DNA of 64,000 bases from Octopus sinensis (taxonomy: Eukaryota): positions 87,172,001 to 87,236,000 of the forward strand of contig NC_043005.1 in assembly GCF_006345805.1 (NCBI RefSeq). The letters are read 5' to 3'. The notes beneath the pieces are model-generated. The model was given only the letters and a program-made list of their open reading frames with translations. It searched no databases and was not told the origin of the DNA. Position numbers and translations under genes: made by a program. Below, in pieces: positions 13,965 to 28,160 of this stretch. The stretch's first letter is position 1. Each line of letters begins with the position of its first letter.

Positions 13965-13965
13965 T

Positions 13966-14046
13966 TCAATAATAATAATAACTTCAATAATAATAATAAT
14001 AATAATAATAACAACAACAACAACAACGACAATAATAATAATAATG

Positions 14047-14105
<59 letters not shown>
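13966..14105. repeat. (AAT)n/(AAC)n microsatellite
   Basis: Direct inspection. Confidence 0.95.
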
Positions 14106-14677
14106 TCTGATAATGGAAACTATAGTGAGCTTCTAATATACATAGAGATAAGATGATTTTTTCTAGCTGCAGGCCGAATGCCTATGATGCGTATCAAGAT
14201 TGAAATAAAAAAAAAACGGTAAGAAAAATTAGTGATAAAAAGCATAGATAAAAATACCTAGATAGTACAATAGAAAATGTCATAAAACGATAAGGTGAAG
14301 ATAGATGGACAGCGGGGAAACGGTTGTATGACGGAATAATGAAATAGTTAAAAGGTAAATGGAATGCAAAATTAAAAATAGAAGGAAAGGTCACGGATTT
14401 GATTCATAGCTAGGACAGGTGTGGTGTTTGTAATAAACGGGAGGTAGTATGAATCAAGTGCATTTATCAATGGAAGATGTTTGTAAAAGTGGAGATGAAA
14501 CACAGGTGGAACACACAAAGCGTTTAACCCATATTTAAGCACTTCATTTAAATTCATTATTCTTTCCTCGTCCTCCTCTTCTTGTACTTCTTCTTCTCCT
14601 TCTTCTCCTCCTTCTTCTTCTTCTTCTCCTCCACCTCCGCCTCCTCCCCCTCCTCTTCTTCTTCTTCTTCGTTTTAT

Positions 14678-15016
14678 TATATCGACATCAGTGCGTAACT
14701 GGTACTTAATCGACCCCCAAAGGATGAAAGGCAAAGTCGACCTCGGCGGAATTTGAACTCAGAACGTAGTGGCAGACGAAATACTTATTTCTTTATTACC
14801 CACAAGGGGCTAAACATAGAGGGGTTAAACAAGGACAGACATAGGTATTATGTCGATTACATCGACCCCAGTGCGTAACTGGTACTTAATTTATCGACCC
14901 CGAAAGGATGAAAGGTAAAGTCGACCTCGGCGGAATTTGAACTCAGAACGTAAAGACAGACGAAATACCGCGAAGCATTTCACTCGACGTGCTAACGTTT
15001 CTACCAGCTCACCGCC
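14678..15016 (-). mobile_element. SINE family A, dimeric variant
   Basis: Same head, tail and second-unit layout as 13562-13964. Confidence 0.92.
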
Positions 15017-15314
15017 TTTATGCTTCATATTATACTGTAAAATATTACAGAGGTGGTATGTAAATATATGTATGGAGTAGTTTCGGTAGGTTACAAATCC
15101 TTTGCAATATGGAACTGACATTTACATATACTGATCAATATGAAGAATTTTTTATGACTTTTATTTTATTTATTTATTGTTTTGGTATATCTTTTAGTAT
15201 ATTTCAGAGAACGTACTGAGATTCGTTTTGAGATTATTGATGGAAACATGCATTCCTGAGATGCAGATTTATACGCACAAACTTTACAAATACTTCTATC
15301 AGTGTATGTATGTA

Positions 15315-15388
<74 letters not shown>

Positions 15389-15444
15389 GTGTGTGTGTGT
15401 GTGTATGTGTGTGTGTGTGTGTTCGTGTGTGTGTGTGTGTGTGT

Positions 15445-15600
15445 GTGACCGCTTGGGTATCGTTGGCGATTTTCTTTCTCCGTGAGGAGCTCCGCTCGAA
15501 ATGTTAAATCCTCTTTCTTTCTTTCCTTTCCTGAGTGTCCAATAATATTATACTTGTTCCACGTCCTCGTGTTGTTGTGTTTTCATGTTTGGATTAACTA
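15445..15600 (+). mobile_element. Family D copy with internal deletion affecting the hammerhead core
   Basis: gaggagctccgctcgaaatgttaaat keeps helix II GAGC/GCTC but lacks CTGANGA. Flanked by TG and TA repeats. Confidence 0.7.
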
Positions 15601-15609
15601 TTATATATA

Positions 15610-15683
<74 letters not shown>

Positions 15684-16182
15684 ATATGTATATATGTACT
15701 ATGTATGTATGTATATGTGTGTATGCATACACACATACGTGTAGACAAAGATGTCTATACACGAATATATATGTATAATGATATATTTATATATCTACAT
15801 GTACACACACGCACGTACACATATATGTATAAGTATCTACGCACATCCATACACGTATATACATGTATGTAAGTATGTAGGGAAAATTCATTTCACTTAC
15901 GACAGTATTACAGTTAACCTTTTCTTTGAATCTACGCATTTCCAACTTTCAGTCATGTATTAATAATGGCTTGGTTCCCGATTTCTGTTTGTTTCTATAT
16001 ACAGTAATGACCAAACGTTGAGAACGAAAATAAATGTTAAAGGCATTTACATTTCTGCTTCATTTATTCGAATGGTATTTTTCTGTATATACTTTGAAGT
16101 ATGTTCATTATTTACCGTAAATTTTGTAGGGTGAGACCATTACTTGAATAACTTATAACAGGGAATATGTTTATTTGGAAAA

Positions 16183-17386
16183 TATAAGATGGACCAAATT
16201 AGAGAACGTATGGTGTAAAATTCAAAAAGTAAAATATGGCAGCACAGCGCGAAAGTTTATATTAGACTGTAGTGAGTTAAGAACCATGGAAAGCTGATGT
16301 AAAGTTAATGAAAGCCTCAGGAAAGGAGTGGTCACATTCACAAAAGAAGGAATCGCTATTTCTGATGTCGCCAGAGAAATTAACAGATCGAAGAGTGTTG
16401 TTTCAAGAATATTCAAAGTCTATGAAAATACAGGCTTGTTTGTGTCATTAGAAACAAATGAGAGAGGCCACGGAAAACTAGTTTATGGCAAGACCGTGTT
16501 ATTCAGACGCTGTGGTCAAGAGACCATTTCGATAGTGTTGCAGGAATTTCTTGCCAAGTAAATCGTTAATATGGGATGAATGTGTCTCAGAAGACTGGCT
16601 TGTCATTTGAATTAAGTCGGACTTCATGTCCATTATCCGCCACTAAACCTCTATCAGTATGGAGAAACGAAAAGTGAGTTAGTGTTTGCCAATGAGTAAA
16701 TAATGTGGACAGAGGACAACTGGTCACATGTGTTCTTCAGTGAAGAAAGCAAGTTCAATTTGGTTGACTCTGATGGTAGACAATACGTTAGACATTGTAA
16801 AAAAGTGAAAGATTGCTTCCTAAATGCATGAAGGAATCAGTGAAGTTTGGAGATGGGTGTTTAATGATATGGGCAATGATTTCTGCACTAGGTGTTGGGC
16901 TTTTCATCCGGACCCATGGTATTGTGAATGCAACCATATACAAAAACATCGTTCTGCAGTATGTTGTGCCACCTCTGAGGTCCTTTTCAACTTGTCAGCC
17001 AATCTTTATGCAGGATATTGTGTCCATAACACAGTGTTAAAATAGTTAAGGTGTTTGAAGCTAAAAGTATTACTGTGATGCGTTGGCCAGCTCAGAGCCC
17101 TGGCCTTAATCCCATTGAAAACTTATGAAAGATACTTGGTGATAAAATCAGAGAGCACCGACCTGCGAATGATAGGATCTCGTGGGGTAACTTACAGAAG
17201 AATGGAATAAAATTACATCAGAACAATATGAGAAATTAGTCAAATCCTGCGGACGGAGATGTACTGAAGTCTCTTAAAATAAAAGAGTGTACTCATCTGA
17301 TATTGGCGTGGATTGTAAACATTTGTGGCAGAATTTTAATTTCTTGAATTTTACGTCAAAAGTTCTCTAATTTTGTCCATCTTCTA
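16183..17386 (+). mobile_element. Full-length decayed Tc1 transposon
   Basis: Terminal inverted repeats aagatggaccaaattagagaacgtatggtgtaaaattcaaaaagtaaaat and rc aagatggacaaaattagagaacttttgacgtaaaattcaagaaattaaaat. Transposase motifs: HTH (ISDVAREINRSKSVVSRI), VFFSEESKF, VKFGDGCLMIW, IFMQD, WPAQSPGLNPIENL. Multiple stops and frameshifts. Confidence 0.93.
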
Positions 17387-18089
17387 TGTTTCAAATAAAC
17401 ATTTTAAGCGTCTTTCAAATTCAACTTTCGCCAGCTGCACACCGGCGTGGGGACTTCAACCGTACAGTGAAGAACGACTAACAACAGGAACCGGAAGCAG
17501 GTTTCTTATCACACTGTCACACCATTTCTTAAGGACATTTCCTGAGACTAGTTAAGACATTTTTCTCAGTTCGTATGGGATTAATGCGCGTTGCATATCT
17601 GTAAACGAACAGATACACACACACATTCTCACTCACTCTCTCTCACATACACACATATATATGTATACTATGCGTTTGTGCATGTGTGTATACAGGTATG
17701 AAAATATTTCTAACATACATATACATACACAAGCATATAGACACAAACACAGACACATAAAGCTGACAGACACGCGCTCATTAATATGTGTGTATGCGTG
17801 TAGGGCTGCGTATGTGTGTGCATTTACAAATATACAAAGAGTATAAATAATAAATATATGTTAGTCAGAGAATGTATAAGTTGAAAAATTAGGACTAGCA
17901 ATGGAATAAATAATGATACGCGGAAATAAACTTCATTACAAAAATTGAGAACCATAGTTATTGTATGTACACTCATATTTACACATACACACGTACACAC
18001 ACACATAGACATGCATATAGGGGCCTAGTTATATACAGGTATATGCAAATACATGCATACGGTCTCACAGCCATACATATATGTATATG

Positions 18090-18182
18090 TACTGTATATA
18101 TATATATATATATGTGTGAGTGTGTACATATGTATGTATATATATATAAAGTTCAATTAAAGGTTAAATATACACATACATT

Positions 18183-18214
<32 letters not shown>

Positions 18215-18243
18215 TATATATACATAAATATACATATATATAC

Positions 18244-18274
<31 letters not shown>

Positions 18275-18295
18275 AATATATATATAATCGATATA
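18090..18295. repeat. (TA)n microsatellite
   Basis: Direct inspection. Confidence 0.95.
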
Positions 18296-18674
18296 TGTTT
18301 TATGTTGAGTGAATTGAGTTTTGAATTAAAGTAATAAAGACGGTAGTCATGGAATTATTTACCTGAAAAAAGTCCAAGATAAAAGATTTTTAAAAAGCCC
18401 CTTCTTTGAAACCCTCCGCTATCTCATCGGCACCCTCCTCACCCAGACAGTATTATAAGTAAAAACACTACAGTTACGAATAGAAACATAAAAAAAATAT
18501 AAATGTATAAATCCATAAAATTTTGTCTGTTATGGCGGTATGGGAAAAGATTTGTAAATATGTTTTCTCTGTAGAATTTTCTACTCCTCTCTTTCACTGA
18601 AATACTCTCTATCTCTATCTCTGTATCTCTCTCTATCTCTATTTTTCTTTCTCTCCCCGTCTATCTCTCTCCCT

Positions 18675-18713
<39 letters not shown>

Positions 18714-19002
18714 AATCTTACTCCTTTTCTACCCATGTTTGCCTCTACCTATTGCGCTCAATCTTTCTCTATATCTTCATATTATTCGATATATGTAACA
18801 ATATGGCGAAGTCAATATATGACATAAAAAACAAATTAGAGAAAGCATTCATTTTGAACTCAATGTCAAATGATTTTTCGTTTATTATAGGATTTTACTT
18901 AATAATTTATTTATTTTTCCTATTTTTATTCTTACTACTTTGGAATTTGTTTCTCACATCCGTATTTAATCCATTATATTCTTAGTATTACAACTAAACC
19001 AC

Positions 19003-19058
<56 letters not shown>

Positions 19059-19163
19059 TCTTGTTGGAACAATGGTGGTAGGGAATGTCATTTTCCTTTT
19101 CTTCCTGAGAAAGAACTGAAAAAAATCATGTCGGATTTAGTAGTAGTAGTTAGTAGTAGTAGT

Positions 19164-19230
<67 letters not shown>

Positions 19231-19302
19231 TCTTGTCGGAACAATGGTGGTAGGGAATGTAATTTTCCTTTTCTTCCTGAGAAAGAACTGAAAAAAATCA
19301 TG
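19003..19302. repeat. (GTA)n tracts with a 75 bp direct duplication
   Basis: gtgtcttgt(t/c)ggaacaatggtggtagggaatgt(c/a)attttcc...aaatcatg at 19056-19130 and 19228-19302. Confidence 0.9.
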
Positions 19303-19969
19303 GATTTTTGCACGTAAACGAAACGATGAAGAGTTAAAGAGAATCGGTTTTCGTTGTCTGCAGGAATGAATCATTTCTTGTTTGTTACTAGCAAGCTTGT
19401 TGTAAATATCTTGTGGCTTCCAACTAATATAGAAAGACTAGGAGAGAGTAAGAGAGAAAGACAATGGAAAACCAAGAGAAACAGCGCGGTATACCGAGAA
19501 CGAATGTGATAGATTAAATTGCAGTTAATGCTATGCTATCGATGTGATGATTAAATTGAGCTACAATATATTTATTTAGAGAAAATTGTGTTGACAGATA
19601 TAAATTTACAGGTCATAGAGAACGGCATGGAAAAGAGGAGAATGAAGCTGAGAATATCCGTTAAAAACACGTGGGGATTTGTTATTTTTCGTGTTACTGC
19701 ATGTGGGAAGAGTTAGTGGGTGGAAGATTCTTGTTTGTTGTTTATTGCTACGATTTTCATGCCAGTCGCTGCGGAAAGAGTATCATACACACTCTCCTGT
19801 TCTGTATTTAGTTTCGGTTTGTGAAATCATTGCATTTTTCAAGATAAAACTAGATATATTCTCACAGATAAACACAGAAACACGCAACACACACACACAT
19901 ACACACACACAAACACATAAACACTCAAACACACCTTATACACAACGCACGCATATAAAAATTACAAGG

Positions 19970-20046
19970 ATAGACATATATATATATATATATATAATAT
20001 ATATATATTATATATATATATATATATTATATATATATACATATGC

Positions 20047-20116
<70 letters not shown>

Positions 20117-20330
20117 ATATAAATAATGTAGGTGTCTTATTAGCAATTTGAAACCTAAAGCAAATTATATATATATATATTATATATATCCATACATAGA
20201 GATATGCATACATACGTACACACATAATACATAGACAATACATGCATACATTGATTCATACATACACACACACGTACGTATATACATACATATATATATA
20301 TATACATATATGTACATACATATATACCAA
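19970..20330. repeat. (TA)n/(TACA)n microsatellite region
   Basis: Direct inspection. Confidence 0.95.
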
Positions 20331-21497
20331 AATGACACATACCTACTCAAAGCATATTTGGAAATTAGCAATGATATCATTGAACGAGATATGATGAAAT
20401 TCTTGGCCCCGTTGAATAATGGCTTTCGAGATAACAAACTCGAAACTGATAACAAACTTTAGTCAAATGCTGTGGCACCTTCCTTGATTAGTTCATTTCA
20501 TCATTGCACACCTGTTGATAATCAACCATAACAAGAATAAACTGAAAATCTATGAGTTCCATAATCTCAGAATATGATCAAATATGTTCTCTACCAGAAA
20601 ACAATCTTCGAATATCATAGCACAGGTCATCTTGAGAAGATCTAGTTGAGCTGGTAAACAATAATAACATCAAATGATTATAAGAATTATAAATGGGGGC
20701 AGTTTTGTATGAATTATAATTGCTTTTATGGAAAATATATTTTTGGATTTCTGTAAATATTTTATTGTTGAAGTTCATATTTCAATCTGGTTTCTGTAGA
20801 ACAAAACGGTGAAAATAGCAACGACTAATGCTGAAAGGTAAGAACGACGATGACGATGACAAAACTATTATTGGCAGCAAGAAGAACAGAATCTACAACA
20901 AGCACCAAATCATGATAAAAAAACAAGTAAAGCAACGTAGAAGTGAGTCAACCAATGTTGTGTCCTGTTGCTTGAATAATAACACTGTTCTTTGTTTTGC
21001 TTTCTTTTTCCTGTGAAATGTTTCTAACACAATCTATAAAACATTTTAAACCATTTTAAATATTAACAACATGTCCACTTCCATTTGAGAAGAATTAAAT
21101 AATCTGAAATGAAATGGATATAAATAATAAATAGATAAAACAATATATATATTTTTAAAAAGCAATAATTCCAGGACATTTATATTTATCCGATAGGGAA
21201 GGCTTTGTACGCATCTGACCGTAACGAATTCCATCCAATTATTTCCAATGTTCTGAGTCTATTTTTAGAGAAATTCTGCGCATGTGATTCACGTGCATAT
21301 GTATGCCCACGCGCACACCACTTCTGCACCACAGACACACAGAGGCACATCCACACTTGCACACAGTAACTCTTATCCCACATCATCCATAATGATAACC
21401 GAACCCACACCTACACCTTTACACTGTATCTCTTTCTAATTTCCATAACAAACGACCAGCCACAGGGAATTAAATACATACGTGTAAGTTAAACGCA

Positions 21498-22440
21498 TAC
21501 GGGGACTTCGGGCAAAATTTGAGTATTTGCATACAAAGGGAACACACTGTCACACCTAAAATTAAAACTATTTTTAAAAAGTCAAAAAATATCAACTAGA
21601 TTATGGCTAGGAGATAACAGTTTGGTCAGGGTAGCCACCCTCAGCTCATATTACGGCCTCAAGACAGCTTCGGAATCTGGCGGATCCGTTCCTCACTTTG
21701 CCTTTGGTAAGAACTTTGAGCACCTCTTTGATCTTGACCTCCAGCTCAACTTTGCTGTTGCAGGCAGTGTGCTTGGTATCTCTCTCAACCGCGTCCCACA
21801 CATAGTAATCCATGGAATTACAATAGGTGAGATTAGGAAGCCAGGAATTGGGGCTGGTGAAGTCGTAGAAATTCTCTGAAAACCACTTCGGATTCTTTCG
21901 GGAAATAGGGCAAGGGGCCGAATCCTATTGCCACATATCTGGCCTTGCAGCAGGAATGCTCGCCAGTCAGTGTTTGACTACGGTCTCCAGCAGCTCCACA
22001 TACCTGTCTGTATTGAAACCTAAAGCCCTATTCAATGATGTGGAGGTTAACTCCGGCATGCAGACAGTCATAACGCCTATTGCGTTCTTTCCTGCAAACC
22101 ATGGCTTTGTAGTCTCAACTGACGCTGTCCATAGTTACGTTTTACAGCTTTACAGTGCTTACAGAGCATTGAACAACAGCCATAACGCCAGTGTTTTGCT
22201 ACCTGGCGCGAATCAGCATGATGCAGGTCACCCTACTCCAATATTCAGATGACTTCGTGCCCTTCATGTCAGCTAATATATCCTCAATTATAACTACAGA
22301 CTTTATGTTCGCCGGGACTCTTAACTCTTCACCAATAAATCAAGCTGTTTTTAAACTAAAGAGACATAAAATACCGTCAAATTCAACCCTACAAACTTAT
22401 CCATGAATGCAATTATCTATGCATGCATTTGTACACGGTT
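21498..22440 (-). mobile_element. Internally deleted maT (DD37D) transposon relic
   Basis: Minus strand reads YVELLETVVK..WQ*DSAPCPISRKNPKWFSENFYDFTSPNSWLPNLTYCNSMDYYVWDAVE..FRSCLEAVI*AEGGY, with 37 residues between the second and third catalytic D. N-terminus MKGTKSSEYWSRVTCIML lies near 22270. The central part is missing. Confidence 0.88.
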
Positions 22441-22452
22441 TTGTGGAAATAT

Positions 22453-22819
22453 CGTGGCACGCCGTCCGTTACGACGACGAGGGTTCCAGTTGAACAGATC
22501 AACGGAGCAGCCTGCTCGTGAAATTAACATTCATGTGATTGAGCACTTCACAGAGACGTGTACCCTTGACGTAGTTCTCAGGGAGATTTAGCGTGACACA
22601 GTGTGTGGCAAGGTTGGGCCTTTGAAATACAGGTACAACAGAAACAGGAAGAAAGAGTGAGAGAGAGTTGTGGTGAAAGAGTACAGCAGGGTTCGCCTCC
22701 ACCCTCTGCCGGGGGCTTGTGGGACTTTATGTGTTTTAGCTCAATAAACACTCACGACGCCCGGTCTGGGAATCAAAACCGCGAGTCCGCTGCCCTAACC
22801 ACTGGGCCATTGCGCCTCC
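22453..22819 (-). mobile_element. SINE family C (alternative head), with probable target-site duplication
   Basis: rc head ggaggcgcaatggcccagtggttagggcagcggactcgcgg..gattccc. Tail acgacgacgagggttccagttg..gatcaacgg. Flanked by tg(t/c)ggaaatat at 22442-22452 and 22820-22830. Confidence 0.85.
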
Positions 22820-23057
22820 TGCGGAAATATATATAAGCTAAGGCAGTACAATGAGTGTTCATCTGAACGTTACATGTGCCGTCATACAACAGACCGCATT
22901 TACTGATACCTTTGTTGGTTTATAGCTTCTTCAAACCTCAACAAAGTAAATAAATCTTTGCTTTGTATGTAAGCAAGAAATAAAAATTGTCTCATTACAT
23001 GTAGTATGCTGCTCAGTTTGCATGATTGTGTAATGACAAGAATATTTTTTTTAAATA

Positions 23058-23303
23058 CTGGCCCTCCGTCGGTTACGACGACGAGTGTTCCAGTTGGTCC
23101 GATCAACGGAACAGCCCACTGGTGAAACTGACGCGCAAGTGGCTGAACACTCTACAGTGAAGCGTACCATTCACGTAGTTCTCATGGATATTCAGTGACA
23201 CAGAACCTGACAAAGCCGGCCTTTCGAAATACACTTACTTCTCATTTTTACCAGTTGAGTAGAATTAGGGCAGCATAAAATAAAGTGTTTTACACAAGAA
23301 CAC
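23058..23303 (-). mobile_element. SINE family C, 5'-truncated
   Basis: ccgtcggttacgacgacgag..gatcaacggaacagcc..caagtggctgaacact.. matches the other family C copies. Confidence 0.82.
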
Positions 23304-23732
23304 CAATATTCTGTACACCGTAAGCGTATGTAATGATTTTCTTTTTAATAGGTGAATAAGCCTCACATTTATAACACAAGAGCCGCTTTGGTATTGTTTC
23401 GCTTACTTTTTAGCATGTAAGTCACTGCCCGAACAACATTCATATACAAAGCTAGTCACACTCTATAGAACATTTGTTGATATCATAAGTATTGGGTATT
23501 CCGATCTATGAAGAACGAATTAATAGAGAACGGTTACTTAATATCACAATGAGGAATGTTATCAGCTTCAAAGATAATGAAACTTTTCTTCGTTATACTG
23601 TAATTTACAGGAATTTTCCATGAAGTATATAGCTACGGAGAAATCTAGGACGAAACAGTAGGAGAGCAGTGTTATGAGTTTACATATGCAGTGACTACAG
23701 CCAATTAAATAAACAGTAAAACTGACCATAGA

Positions 23733-24053
23733 GAGAGCGTGTGGCTTCGTGGTTGGGGCATGCGACTCATGATCGTTAGATCGTTAATTTGATTCCCGAC
23801 GCTGGATTCTATCCTTGAGAAAAATACTTATTTCACGTTTCTGCATTCCACTGAGCCGGTGAAAATGAATAGTACGTGTAATTCGAAGTGCTAGTCTTGC
23901 CACACACTGTGTCACGCTGAATCTCCTTGAGAACCACGTTAAGGGTACGCGTGTTTGTGGAGTGCTCAGCCACTTGCACGTTAATTTCACCAGCAGGCTG
24001 TTCCGTTGATCGTATTAGCTGAGGCCCTCGTCGTCGTAACTGACGGAATACCA
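23733..24053 (+). mobile_element. SINE family C
   Basis: tRNA-like head (gtggcttcgtggtt...tttgattcccga), ccttgagaaaaatacttatttcacg core, tail ccctcgtcgtcgtaactgacgga. Confidence 0.85.
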
Positions 24054-24743
24054 ATTACTGTCAATTAACGAAAGAGTAGACAATCAAAATGAATCTCTAG
24101 TACAAGGACACAGACAGAGACCAATATTTATATTCTAGATCTTGCCACCCATGTCACATTAAAGGGAAAATCCTATTCAATATCACGAGACATCTATACT
24201 CAATGGTTACGGACATGTATATACGAGAGTAATGTAAAGAAGCAGACACTTAGATACGTACGTACATAGGTGGAAATAGAGAGAGATAAACGTAGCTTTC
24301 TGTTTGATTCATGATTCAATACTAGTATCTCAATGAATGACATGGTAGGTGTTAAAAATGAATAAGTGGTTGGTAGTGTAGAAGGGTATGTGGTGGTAAT
24401 TATTTTACTAATCGTGCGAGAGTGGAAGTTTCGATTATAGTTATGATTATAGGGGTCGGTAGTGATTATATGATTAGAATTGGCCCGATGTGAAAGAGTG
24501 GGTTATATCATGATAATGTTCAGTGACAAAGATGGCGATGGTGTGTCATAGAAGAGGAGCTGTGTGGACGTAGGTGGCCTTGGATAGCAATGGTGGATGG
24601 ACATGTTTGGAGAGGACATAGTGGCTGAGTGTTTGAATTCTCTGGTGGCTGTAGTGACAGAAAAGTTTGGAAAATGTTGGAGATTTCAATGGAGTATTGA
24701 GCGAGTAAGGAAAAGAGAGTGGGAAGAGAGAGAGGGAGAGAAA

Positions 24744-25036
24744 GAAAGAATGAGGGGACAGAGCGGGGAGGGGAGGGCAAACAGAGAGGCCGAGAGCGAG
24801 ACAAAGAGGGGGTAGAAAGAGAGAGTGAAGTAAGTGTAAACTTGTTGAAAAGAGAGAGAGAGAGAGAGGTGGAGGAGAGGTAGGGAGGGAGAGAGAGAAA
24901 GAAAGAATGACGGGACAGAAAAGGGAGAAGGTGGCAGACAGAGAGGCCGAGAGTGAGACAGAGAGGGGATAGAAAGAGAGAGTGAAGTAAGTGTAAACTT
25001 GTTGAAGAGAGAGAGAGAGGCGGAGGAGAAGAGGGA
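24744..25036. repeat. Two tandem copies of a ~157 bp purine-rich unit
   Basis: gaaagaatga.gggacaga..agagaggccgagag.gagaca..tagaaagagagagtgaagtaagtgtaaacttgttgaa starts at 24744 and 24901. Confidence 0.85.
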
Positions 25037-25559
25037 GAATAGAATAAATTGAGAATGGAAATGAGATAGAAAGATTGCTGACGGTGAAATACTAACACAC
25101 ACACACACACACAAATACACAAACACACATACAAGACAGCACACACACAACACATGCTCATACACACACAACGCTTACAGACAACACACACACACACACA
25201 CGGAAACACACTCGCATAAAGTGAAAAATAGTTTGATAGATGGAGATAGATAGATAGACAGACAGATAGGTAAGTAAATAGACTCACACACACACACACA
25301 CACACAGTGAGTAGCTAAGTGAGGTAAGGAGGAGTAGAGAAAATCAAATCAGAAATTGCTTATCCATCTGTAAAGAATTTGTTTCCGAGACTGTGGAGTG
25401 AGAGACACTGGTTGGGAATGTTGGAAAGTGACTGTCAGAATATGACGCCGAGAATCAATAATGATTATATTGAAATATCAAACAAGGGAAGCTTCTAAAG
25501 GCAATATATGATAAAGTTGGAGGTAAATATATTTTAATACATACAGTCATTCACAGATG

Positions 25560-25576
25560 AGCATATACATACATAC

Positions 25577-25657
<81 letters not shown>

Positions 25658-25745
25658 TTATATATTTATATATATATGTGTGTGTGTATTTATATGCATG
25701 TATATGGGTGGGTGGTGTGTGTGTGTGTGTGTGTGTGTGTGTGCA
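25560..25745. repeat. (TA)n/(TG)n microsatellite
   Basis: Direct inspection. Confidence 0.95.
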
Positions 25746-27866
25746 ACTAGGCAGAGGTAATATTCATTATTGATTATTAATATTATTTGTATAGCCTTAA
25801 AGCAGTGGAATGGATAAAATTGACTTTTTTTTTAACAAAATTCTTTTAGAGAGTAGAGGAGGAACAACGTTGATGGACTCTGCAGACAGATCGATTCCAT
25901 TGTAGTGCTATTGATGTAGATGCTGTTTATATTTTGCTTGAAGATGCCTACTGGGGGGAGAAAAGTGGCGCAGGGTGAAAATTTGAAAGTGTACCAGAAC
26001 TTAAAGGGAAAAATTGAGTGAAATGTTTAATGCAGAAATTATAGCATTGGGAACCAAAACTAGAGAAAACGAAAGAAGCTGGAGAGACAAAGAGACATGT
26101 GTGTGTATTGATCTTTATAGTCCAGAGTAAGAATTTATCTAATGAGGAACGAAGAGAACAGTTTAAAATTGTGTTCGTCATTCAGTGGTCCTGTAGTTTG
26201 TTTTTGCTGGTGAGACTTAACGATCTCCTAATTAACATATATTTGAATGTGGATTACAACGCCTTTCTTTGTAGCGGTATTTTGCCAATTATTTGAATGT
26301 ATATCGTTTTTTGGCAATTTATTAAATACGAAATATTTTATGGCTCAGAAAATATAAGCTTAATCGTAAGGATATAGATTATTAAATATTAATTGTTAAA
26401 GACGTTATTAAAGCTTTAGCAATAGTTTTTTTTTACTGTCTTTCAATTCTAGTCTCTCATTGTGTTCCTAATACTGTGTAATACTTAAGAAAACAAACAA
26501 AAAAAAACAGAAAGAGTCTTTGTTTCTATCCAAATCATTGCTCCATAAAAAAATTGAGTTTATGAAGATAATAAATGTTGTTTGTGATATAGTTTAATTG
26601 AAAGTCATAAGCTACGAAAACATTAAACTTGATATAGTTGAGTGGAATAAGTTGTCCGATAAGAACGAGACCTATTGTTAGGTGCGAAGCCGTGAGGACT
26701 TGTTGCCAGGTTGAATTGTCGATTGCCGGCTCGTGGTTACGATTCACATTTCGCGATTCTAGTCAGTTATAAATGAGAAACCATGCGAAGAACTGGCATA
26801 CCGCTCAGGAGAAGAGTTGCGATCTCGGTTACACATGCGAAGGCAAACAGGATAACCGCTTTTACACATTTTAGGAATCGAGACAAGAATGTTCGTAAAA
26901 ATTTTATTTGTATTTCTTTACCTTATGAGAGTTAGAGGCTGAAGGGATATTAAAGGATAAATAACCAGCGACAAAGACTAGCCGAGGGAAAGAGCAGACG
27001 ATCTTGTTTGTGACAGAGTATGAGCAAAAAAACAAAATGGTGGTGACACTTAATTTATCAGGTTTACTGTCTCGAAGTCGAATGGGTGAAATCTGTACTG
27101 AAGAAACTCAGGAAGCGCATCACCCTCGCCATCCTGCGGGTAAACACGTTATCCAGTTTGTCTACTGAGACCATAAACTATCTGACTTACAGGATACTGT
27201 ACGTTCCACAACTTAATGTAAAGTTGCTCCATATGAATAACAAATAAAGAAAAAATTTTAAGGCGCTAGATCATAATATTCGTGATGGAAGTATTAGAGA
27301 CATCTGTTTTGGACGGGTCAAACTAACACTGCAGTGAGGATAATGACGAAATAAATATATAAATCTATATAAATAAAGATAAGATCGTTCATTATAGTAT
27401 GTCTATTTATTTATTTTAAACAGTTCAGATAATATATAAATACATGTGTAAAGTACTAGTAATTTCTACTTTTATGTATATGTATATATATAGCAAAAGT
27501 TTACAGACCAAACAAATGCAAGGTCATCCACATAACATTTCATATCTCGAACATTTAATCATAGAATATACATTTATGACATCACGGAAGATGAAACATA
27601 ACTCATCTGTACAAGCATATAAGAAAGTGTGAGAAAAATGTGTGAATGCAGTTCATCACGGTTAATGTTAATACTTTAGCGATTAAGAAATATATATTTA
27701 AAAGAAAAAACATTACAAGACCTAGAAAATAAATACGTAAAAATATAGTATATTTTGTTTGTTTGTTCTGTAACCTTGGTTTGATATATTTGTCTCATTC
27801 AATTGAGCACTTCTATAGCAGTCCTATTAAACATTTTGTCCCTGATAAGAAACAATCACTGTATAT

Positions 27867-28160
<294 letters not shown>

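Noticed and set aside
17405-17575. GC-richer segment after the Tc1, possibly an RTE 3' end
   Set aside because: No convincing protein motif or second copy in the window.
23633-23661. ctacggagaaatctaggacgaaacagtag resembling a canonical hammerhead 3' half
   Set aside because: The CUGANGA core is absent at several positions and there is no related copy or TA context, so chance is likely.
25800-27350. Purine-rich and CpG-containing stretches that might be old retroelement coding relics
   Set aside because: No frame gave a recognisable motif.
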